From: Candidatus Methylomirabilota bacterium
GTDB taxonomy: Bacteria; Methylomirabilota; Methylomirabilia; Rokubacteriales; CSP1-6
Length of the DNA: 23,647 nt
Direction: 5' to 3'
Assembly (NCBI GenBank): GCA_046726415.1
Contig: JBKPAK010000149.1
Coordinates: 1-23,647, forward strand
Positions 17,160-23,647 of the stretch are shown here, one piece after another (the first letter of the stretch is position 1; each line of letters opens with the position of its first letter). The notes under the pieces were generated by a model that was not told the origin of the DNA, did no database searches, and saw only the letters and a list, made by a program, of their open reading frames with translations. Made by a program: the position numbers and the translations under genes.

Positions 17160-18083
17160 ATGCTGACATTCATCGTCCGCCGCCTCCTGCTCGCCGTGCC
17201 CGTGCTGCTCGGCGTGGTGTTCGTGGTCATGCTCACGATCGATCTGCTCCCGGGCGATGTCGTCACGCTGATGCTCGGCGAGCATGCCACCAAGGATGCC
17301 GTCGCCACACTGCGCGATCACCTGGGCCTCGACAAGCCGTTCCTCGTCCGCTACCTGGACTACGTAGGCCGCGTCGCGCGCGGCGACCTCGGGCGCTCGA
17401 TCCAGCAGAACCGTCCCGTCGCCGCCGAGCTGGCCGATGCCTGGCCGGCGACCTTGGAACTGACCATTGCCGCGCTGGCGATCGCATCGCTGATTGGCAT
17501 CGCGGTCGGCGTCGGCTCGGCGGTGCGGCCGAACTCGTTCTTCGACGCGCTCGCCCGTCTCGGTTCGCTCTTCGGGCTCTCGATGCCGATCTTCTGGACG
17601 GGCCTCGTGCTCATCGTGGTCTTTTCGCTCTGGCTCAACTGGCTGCCGGTGGGCGGCGCCGGCTCGCTCTCCCACCTGGTACTGCCGGCGATCACCCTTG
17701 CCCTGCCCTCGGTGGCCATGATCGCGCGCATGACGCGGTCGGCCGTGCTCGACGTCCTCCGCGAGGACTACGTGCGCACGGCCCGGGCCAAGGGTGTGGG
17801 CGAGCTATGGGTGCTGGGCCGGCACGCCCTGCGCAACGCCTTCATCCCGATCATCACCTTGCTCGGGTTGCAGTCGGGCCAACTCATGGGTGGCGCCGTG
17901 CTGACCGAGACGGTCTTCGCGTGGCCGGGCCTCGGCCGCCTCATCGTCAAGGCCATCTTCGCCCGCGACTACATACTGTTGCAGGGCGCGGTGCTGATCT
18001 TTGCGCTGGCCTTCGTCATCGTCAATCTGATCGTCGATCTGTGCTACGGCCTCCTTGACCCGCGCATCGCGCGACAGGGCTAA
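17160..18083 (+). CDS. ABC transporter permease (DppB/GsiC-like)
   Basis: FIVRRLL, GDLGRS, DYVRTARAKG, TETVFAWPGLG, DPRI. Confidence 0.95.
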   Translation: MLTFIVRRLLLAVPVLLGVVFVVMLTIDLLPGDVVTLMLGEHATKDAVATLRDHLGLDKPFLVRYLDYVGRVARGDLGRSIQQNRPVAAELADAWPATLELTIAALAIASLIGIAVGVGSAVRPNSFFDALARLGSLFGLSMPIFWTGLVLIVVFSLWLNWLPVGGAGSLSHLVLPAITLALPSVAMIARMTRSAVLDVLREDYVRTARAKGVGELWVLGRHALRNAFIPIITLLGLQSGQLMGGAVLTETVFAWPGLGRLIVKAIFARDYILLQGAVLIFALAFVIVNLIVDLCYGLLDPRIARQG

Positions 18084-18097
18084 GCTCGGGCCGGGGC

Positions 18098-18931
18098 ATG
18101 GACGCCTGGACCCGCTTCCGCCGGAACCGCCTGGCCCTGGTTGGCCTCGCCCTGGTCCTCGTGCTCGCGCTGACCGCGACCCTGGCGCCGTGGCTCGCGC
18201 CCCACGACCCCTCGCGCCAGAGCCTGATCGAGAAGCGCGCGCACCCCGGCGCCAAGTATCTGCTGGGCGCCGACGAGTTCGGGCGCGATATTCTCTCGCG
18301 CGTGATCTACGGCTCGCGAGTCGCGCTGCTGGTGGGAGTGCTCTCGGTCCTGATCGCGCTGGTCGGCGGGCTCGTGCTCGGGACGGCGGCCGGATTCACG
18401 GGCGGCTGGCTCGACGCCCTGATGATGCGCGCCGTCGACATCCTGCTCGCCTTTCCCTACCTCTTGCTCGCGCTCGCCATCGTGGCCGCCCTCGGTCCCG
18501 GCGCGCTGAACACGACCATCGCCGTGGGGATCTGGGGCGTGCCGGCGGTGACGCGAATCGTCCGCGGCTCGGTACTGGCCCTCAGAGAGACGGAATACGT
18601 CGGGGCCGCCCGCGCCCTCGGCGCGCCCGCCCCGGCATTGCTGCGGCGCCATATCCTGCCCAACGTCCTCCCCGGCCTCATCGTCTATGCGACCCTGTTC
18701 ATGGCCAATGCCATCCTGCTCGAGGCCGCGTTGTCGTTCCTGGGGCTCGGCGTCCAGCCCCCCACCGCGTCGTGGGGCCTCATGGTTTCCACCGGCCGCG
18801 ACGTGCTGCTCGTCGCGCCCCACGTGGCCACCGTCCCTGGCGTGGCCATCATGGTCGCCGTGCTGGGGTTCAACCTCGTCGGGGATGGGCTGCGGGACGC
18901 CCTCGATCCACGGCTCAAGGGAGGCGGATAG
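18098..18931 (+). CDS. ABC transporter permease (DppC/GsiD-like)
   Basis: LGADEFGRDILSR, EYVGAARALG, HILPNV, GDGLRDALDPR. Confidence 0.95.
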   Translation: MDAWTRFRRNRLALVGLALVLVLALTATLAPWLAPHDPSRQSLIEKRAHPGAKYLLGADEFGRDILSRVIYGSRVALLVGVLSVLIALVGGLVLGTAAGFTGGWLDALMMRAVDILLAFPYLLLALAIVAALGPGALNTTIAVGIWGVPAVTRIVRGSVLALRETEYVGAARALGAPAPALLRRHILPNVLPGLIVYATLFMANAILLEAALSFLGLGVQPPTASWGLMVSTGRDVLLVAPHVATVPGVAIMVAVLGFNLVGDGLRDALDPRLKGGG

Positions 18932-18978
18932 ACGGGCACCGGCCGCCCGCGGCCGATCCGGGAGTCGGGAGGAGAGGC

Positions 18979-19797
18979 ATGGCTGATCGAGATGCGGCGT
19001 TCGTGGGTTCGATCCCGGCAAACTATGATCGCTACTTGGGCCCGATCTTATTTCGTGGGTACGCCGATGACATGGCGGCGCGCCTGGAGGTGCGGCCTGG
19101 GCTGCGCGTGCTGGAGACGGCGTGCGGCACCGGCATCGTCACCGAACGCCTGGTGGCTCGGTTGAGCGGGCAGGGCCGCCTCGTGGCCACCGACTTGAAC
19201 GAGCCGATGCTCGCCTACGCGGCGGCCAAGCTGCGCGGGCTCGCGCGGCTGGAGTGGAAAGCCGCCGACGCGACGAAGTTGCCCTTCGGGGATCGGTCGT
19301 TCGATACAGTCGTGTGTCAGTTCGGTTTGATGTTCTTTCCCGACAGGGCGGCTGGCGTGCGCGAGGCGTTTCGCGTGCTCGAGCCCGGGGGGCGATTCCT
19401 CGTCAGCGTGTGGGACCGACTGGAGGACAACCCTGTTCCCCGCATCACCCACGAGACAGTGGCCACCTTCTTTCCGTCTGATCCTCCGCAGTTCTACGCC
19501 GTCCCGTTCAGCCTGCACGACCCGGACGTGGTTCGCCGCCTCCTGGATGGCGCCGGTTTCGTGGACATTCGATGGGAACGGCTGGACAGGACCGGCGTGA
19601 GCCCCTCGGCGGCGGAGGCCGTCATCGGGTTGATCGAAGGCAATCCCATTTACCTCGCCATCATGGAGCGACGACCCGCTGCTCTGGCTGACATCAAGGC
19701 GGCGGTGGCCAAGAACGTCGCGGACGCGCTCGGCGATCGGCCGTTGCGCTGCCCGCTGCGCACCATCTTTTTCTCGGCGCGGCGACCCACGGCGTGA
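18979..19797 (+). CDS. Class I SAM-dependent methyltransferase (UbiE-like), 272 aa
   Basis: GGAGGAG SD before ATG 18979; VLETACGTG, ATDLNEPM, ADATKLPF, CQFGLMFFPD, RVLEPGG. Confidence 0.92.
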   Translation: MADRDAAFVGSIPANYDRYLGPILFRGYADDMAARLEVRPGLRVLETACGTGIVTERLVARLSGQGRLVATDLNEPMLAYAAAKLRGLARLEWKAADATKLPFGDRSFDTVVCQFGLMFFPDRAAGVREAFRVLEPGGRFLVSVWDRLEDNPVPRITHETVATFFPSDPPQFYAVPFSLHDPDVVRRLLDGAGFVDIRWERLDRTGVSPSAAEAVIGLIEGNPIYLAIMERRPAALADIKAAVAKNVADALGDRPLRCPLRTIFFSARRPTA

Positions 19798-19978
19798 CAT
19801 GCGGATGCGGCTCACCCTGCGGTGTGCAGCCCGAACTCGCGCGAGACCTTTCGGTTCTCGACCGCCACCATCTCCGCCGCCTTCGGCCAGCGCGCCACGC
19901 GCTCCGTCTTCTCGGCGTCCCGCTGGAGCCGGGCGAGGGCTGTGTGGAGGACCGCCTCTTCACGGCCCCACACGGGCA

Positions 19979-20006
19979 TTGACACCGCGGCGCCACGCGC
20001 TAACAT
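19979..20006 (+). promoter_or_regulatory. Putative sigma70 promoter for the orphan SBP genes
   Basis: TTGACA (19979-19984), 16 bp, TAACAT (20001-20006). Confidence 0.6.
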
Positions 20007-20200
20007 CCTGCCACCTTCCGCACTGAGCCTTCGGGGGTACTGCGATGGCCGAATCGCTCGCTCGCCGGGCGCTGCTGCTGCGGCGAGGACGAGGCGACGC
20101 TGCACTCGATTCGCACCGGCGCGGCGGCAGGCGCGCGCTGGAACCTGACTGCGCTCCACGCCGTTCCTCAGGGGCCACAGCACCAACTCGCCGGGAGAGA

Positions 20201-21745
20201 ATGATGAACATCCATCGTCACCGGATCGTCTCGCGGTCGCTGCTCGCAGTCGCCGTGGTGCTGGTCGGGGTAGGCCAGGGGCGGGCCGCCCCACCGCCCG
20301 GCGAAGCGGTCATGGCCTGGCACGTCACCATCGCGCCGACGTGGTTCGATCCGTCCACCGCTCCACCGCAGATCACTCCGTTCGGAATTCTCTACGCCAT
20401 CCACGACGCGCTCGTCCGCCCCCTCCCCGGGCACAAGATGGCCGCGAGCCTCGCGGAATCGTGGGCGGAAAGCGCGGACGGGCTGACCTACGAATTCAAG
20501 CTGCGCCGGGGCGCCAAATTCCACAACGGCGAGCCGGTCACGGCGGACGATGTGAAATTCAGCTACGAGCGCTACCGCGGCGCGGGGCACAAGGAGTTCC
20601 AGGCGCGCGTCCGGCAGGTAGACGTCGTCGATCCCCTCACCCTGCGCTTCCAGCTGAAGGAGCCGTGGCCGGACTTCATGACGTTCTACGGCACCACAGC
20701 GACAGCGGCCGGGATCGTCGTCCCCAAGAAATACGTCACTCAGGTCGGCGACGAGGGCTTCCGGAAGCACCCGATCGGCGCCGGCCCCTACAAGTTCGTG
20801 AGCCATACCCCCGGCGTGGAGGTCGTGCTGGAGGCCTACCCGGGGTACTGGCGGCACGTCCCACACGTCAAGCGTCTGGTCATGAAGAGCGTCCCGGAGG
20901 GGACCACCCGCGCGGCCATGCTGAGGACCGGCGAGGCGGACATTGCCGTGGCACTTGATGGCCCCGATGCCGAGAACGTGAAGCGGGATCCACGCCTCCA
21001 GATCGTGGCCTCGAAGCACGCCTCCATCACCTGGCTGGAGTTCGCCGACCAGTGGGACCCGAAGTCGCCATGGCATGACAAGCGCTTGCGCCAGGCCGCG
21101 AACCTCGCCCTGAATCGCAAGGCGATCAACGAGGCGGCGTGTCTCGGGTTCTGTCCGCCGGCCGGGGTGATCATCCCTCGCGTCATGGACTATGCGCTTC
21201 AGGTCGAACCGCCGCCGTACGACCCGCAGAAGGCCAAGCAGTTGCTCGCCGAGGCCGGCTACCCGAACGGACTCGACGCGGGCGACCTGGTGCCCATTCC
21301 TCCGTTCTTCACGACGGCGGAGGCGGTGGTGAACGACCTGAACGCCGTCGGGATCCGGACGAAGATGCGACCGATGGAGCGGGCGGCCTTCTACGCCGCC
21401 TGGCGCGAGAAGAAGCTGCGCGGGCTGTTCATCACCGGGGTGGGGAATTCCGGCAACGCGGCCAGCCGGGTGCAGGAGTTCATCTCTTCGAAGGGAAGCT
21501 ACGCGTACGGCGGATATCCCGACATCGACGATCTGTTCCAGCAACAGGCCCGGGAGCGCGATCCTCGCAAGCGCGAGGCGCTGCTGTTCCGGATTCAGCA
21601 GCTCACGATCGATCGGGTGATGTTCGCGCCCATCATGGATTTCCGCGCGTTGATGGGCGTGGGACCGCGGGTGACCGAGCACACGATCACCTGGATCCAC
21701 AACTCGCCCTTCCCGTCGTACGAGGACATGCGGCTGAGGGATTAG
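20201..21745 (+). CDS. Orphan ABC substrate-binding protein, family 5 (start 20201 or 20204)
   Basis: GGGAG SD; signal peptide; YEFKLRRGAKFHNGEPVTADDVKFS, PIGAGPY. Confidence 0.93.
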   Translation: MMNIHRHRIVSRSLLAVAVVLVGVGQGRAAPPPGEAVMAWHVTIAPTWFDPSTAPPQITPFGILYAIHDALVRPLPGHKMAASLAESWAESADGLTYEFKLRRGAKFHNGEPVTADDVKFSYERYRGAGHKEFQARVRQVDVVDPLTLRFQLKEPWPDFMTFYGTTATAAGIVVPKKYVTQVGDEGFRKHPIGAGPYKFVSHTPGVEVVLEAYPGYWRHVPHVKRLVMKSVPEGTTRAAMLRTGEADIAVALDGPDAENVKRDPRLQIVASKHASITWLEFADQWDPKSPWHDKRLRQAANLALNRKAINEAACLGFCPPAGVIIPRVMDYALQVEPPPYDPQKAKQLLAEAGYPNGLDAGDLVPIPPFFTTAEAVVNDLNAVGIRTKMRPMERAAFYAAWREKKLRGLFITGVGNSGNAASRVQEFISSKGSYAYGGYPDIDDLFQQQARERDPRKREALLFRIQQLTIDRVMFAPIMDFRALMGVGPRVTEHTITWIHNSPFPSYEDMRLRD

Positions 21746-21876
21746 GCGGCACGATCCATGAACGATCAGCAGCTACCGGCGGCGGCGGGCGCTCCCTGCG
21801 CTCCCCGGCCGACCCACCCCCGAATCGCTCGTGCATGATACTGGCTGGGCAGAGCCAAGCAGGGCGGAAGGAGACC

Positions 21877-23511
21877 ATGATGAGCAGATCGATCAGTCGT
21901 CGGGCGTTTCTCAGGGGAGCCGCCGCGACCACAGCAGGGGTCGTCGGCGCGCCGCTGGTCATCGGCACCCGGGCCGCCGCGTCGAACGATCGCCTCGTGG
22001 TGGCGATTGGAAGCTGGGGCACGGAAACGCCGTTCGCCTGGCGCTCGACTCAGGGCGAGAAGCCCCTGTGGGACTGCATCTACGACCCGCTCATCATGCG
22101 CGATGCGAAGACCTTCGAGTATCGCCCGGGATTGGCCACCGAGTGGAAGCCGTCGAACGAGATGCGAACGTGGACGTTCAAGCTCCGCTCCGGGGTGAAG
22201 TTCCACGAGGGCTGGGGTGAGATGACCGCCGAGGATGTCAAGTTCACGGTGGAGCAGAACGTCAAGCCCGACTCGGCCGGCGGCTCGGCGCCGTTCTTTC
22301 GCATCAACCTCGACCGGATCGAGACGCCCGACAAGCTGACTGTCGTGATGCACTTCAAGAACCGGCTCTGGGAGGTGCCCTCGAATTTCACCCAGTTCGT
22401 CGGATACCAGGGCATCGTCTCCAAGAAGCATCTGGAATCGGTGGGCGAGCAGAAGGCGGCACTCCACCCGATCGGCACCGGGCCCTACCGTCACCTGGAG
22501 GGTCGGCAGGGCGACTATCACCGGTTCGAGGCGGTCCCGAACCACTGGCGGAAGACGCCCGCCTTCAAGGAACTGGTGATCCGGCGAGTGCCCGAGCCCG
22601 CTACGCGGGTGTCCGGCCTCCGGGCGGGCGAGATCGACATCGGCCAGGTGTTCGGCGACTACCTGGAACAGGGGCGAAAGGTGGGCTTGCGCATCCACGC
22701 GGTACCGAACTCCGCCTTGAACTGGGTGATCCTGTCGGGCCAGACCACGCCGGATCGCGACGACTACTGCCCGACGTGCCCGTGGGCCGGCGACCCGAAC
22801 GACAAGAAGAGCCTGGAGAACGCGCGCAAGGTGCGGTTAGCCCTGAACCTGGCCGTCAACAAGAAGGCCATCATCAGCGGGCTCTGGAAGGGCATGGGCG
22901 CGGAGACGCCGTTCACGTACTACTACTATCCATTCCACAAGGGGTACAGCGCGGATTGGAAGATCCCGCCCTACGATCCCGAGCGGGCAAAGAAGCTCTT
23001 GGCGGAGGCCGGGCAGGGGGGAGGCTTCGAAGTCCGGGTGAACCCCATGGTCATGGTGTACGCCGCCGACGGGCCGGACATCATGGAGGCGGTGGCGCTC
23101 GACTGGGAGAAGGTCGGGATCAAGCCCAAGCGGATCCCCGAGATGATCAGCAGCTTCGGGCCCAAGGCGCGCATGCGCAAGACGAACCGGACGCACTGGG
23201 CGTACGGCTCGCCGCCCTTCGACGAGCCGATCCTGGCCTGGAGCCGGGTACTCCACTCCAAGGGAACCTTCAACCTGCTCTGCGACGGGCCGTACGACGA
23301 GGACGTCGAGACGGCCATGAAGGAGTTCGACGTCGAGAAGCGGGCCGCGCTCAGCCACGCGCTGGGGCAGAAGCTCTACGACGACTACCGCGGGGTCATG
23401 CTAGGGGTCCGGTCGATCACATGGGCCATGAGCCGGAAAGTAGGAGGCTGGCAAACGCTGGCCTTCGTTCCGATGGAGACGAACTACGAGTATGTGAACC
23501 CGGCGAGCTAG
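21877..23511 (+). CDS. Orphan Tat-exported ABC substrate-binding protein, family 5
   Basis: AAGGAG SD; twin-arginine SRRAFL signal; WTFKLRSGVKFHEG..TAEDVKF, PIGTGPY. Confidence 0.93.
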   Translation: MMSRSISRRAFLRGAAATTAGVVGAPLVIGTRAAASNDRLVVAIGSWGTETPFAWRSTQGEKPLWDCIYDPLIMRDAKTFEYRPGLATEWKPSNEMRTWTFKLRSGVKFHEGWGEMTAEDVKFTVEQNVKPDSAGGSAPFFRINLDRIETPDKLTVVMHFKNRLWEVPSNFTQFVGYQGIVSKKHLESVGEQKAALHPIGTGPYRHLEGRQGDYHRFEAVPNHWRKTPAFKELVIRRVPEPATRVSGLRAGEIDIGQVFGDYLEQGRKVGLRIHAVPNSALNWVILSGQTTPDRDDYCPTCPWAGDPNDKKSLENARKVRLALNLAVNKKAIISGLWKGMGAETPFTYYYYPFHKGYSADWKIPPYDPERAKKLLAEAGQGGGFEVRVNPMVMVYAADGPDIMEAVALDWEKVGIKPKRIPEMISSFGPKARMRKTNRTHWAYGSPPFDEPILAWSRVLHSKGTFNLLCDGPYDEDVETAMKEFDVEKRAALSHALGQKLYDDYRGVMLGVRSITWAMSRKVGGWQTLAFVPMETNYEYVNPAS

Positions 23512-23647
23512 CCCAACTTCCACGGTCGGCGGATTAGAATGCTGCGATTCCGGGGAGTTGCGAGCTCGTTGCGTCACTATCGGCTGGTCGTCCAGGTCTT
23601 GACCGGCTTCATGACCTCGTCCGGGATCTGCAGCACGCGATAGATCT
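23512..23647 (-). mobile_element. Terminal part of a probable insertion sequence (IS1634-like)
   Basis: Transposase-like C-terminus followed about 65 bp later by ...GTGGAAGTTGGG abutting CTAG (23508-23511). Family assignment is from recalled similarity and has not been searched. Confidence 0.55.
23577..23647 (-). CDS. C-terminus of a probable transposase (partial)
   Basis: Manual translation ...IYRVLQIPDEVMKPVKTWTTSR*, with GC3-biased codons and tandem TAG TGA stops. Confidence 0.55.
   Translation of the reverse strand, partial: IYRVLQIPDEVMKPVKTWTTSR

Noticed and set aside
18055..18978. Long N-terminal extensions of the methyltransferase (and of the SBP ORF from 21139)
   Set aside because: Out-of-frame overlaps with real upstream genes; clear SD-ATG pairs at 18979 and 21877.
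19812..19979. 55-aa minus-strand ORF (MPVWGREEAVLHTALARLQRDAEK...)
   Set aside because: No SD, its ATG overlaps the TTGACA box, and no recognisable family; possibly a gene remnant but unsupported.

Overview
High-GC bacterial genomic window dominated by family-5 (Dpp/Opp/Gsi-type) ABC transport genes: four solute-binding proteins, two permease pairs, but only one ATPase pair. The gene style resembles Rokubacteria/Methylomirabilota-like soil bacteria (inference only). Between the transporters lie uncharacterised enzymes: two class I SAM methyltransferases, an SDR lacking YxxxK, a GlcG/HbpS protein, a minus-strand operon (7-Asp-box beta-propeller, amidohydrolase_2, single-domain extradiol-type VOC protein), an ABM-domain protein, an alpha/beta hydrolase apparently lacking its catalytic His, and a YcaQ-like crosslink DNA glycosylase. 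The most striking non-coding signal is a family of GC-rich bulged-hairpin repeats: a tandem array of about four ~70-bp units at 10547-10880 and a same-orientation solo copy at 7587-7670, which together bracket the three-gene operon. The ORF track also misses a methyltransferase at the left edge, a probable ATT start for dppF, a decayed TRAP SBP pseudogene, and the end of an IS abutting the CTAG that contains the last SBP stop codon. No rRNA, tRNA or CRISPR array was seen.
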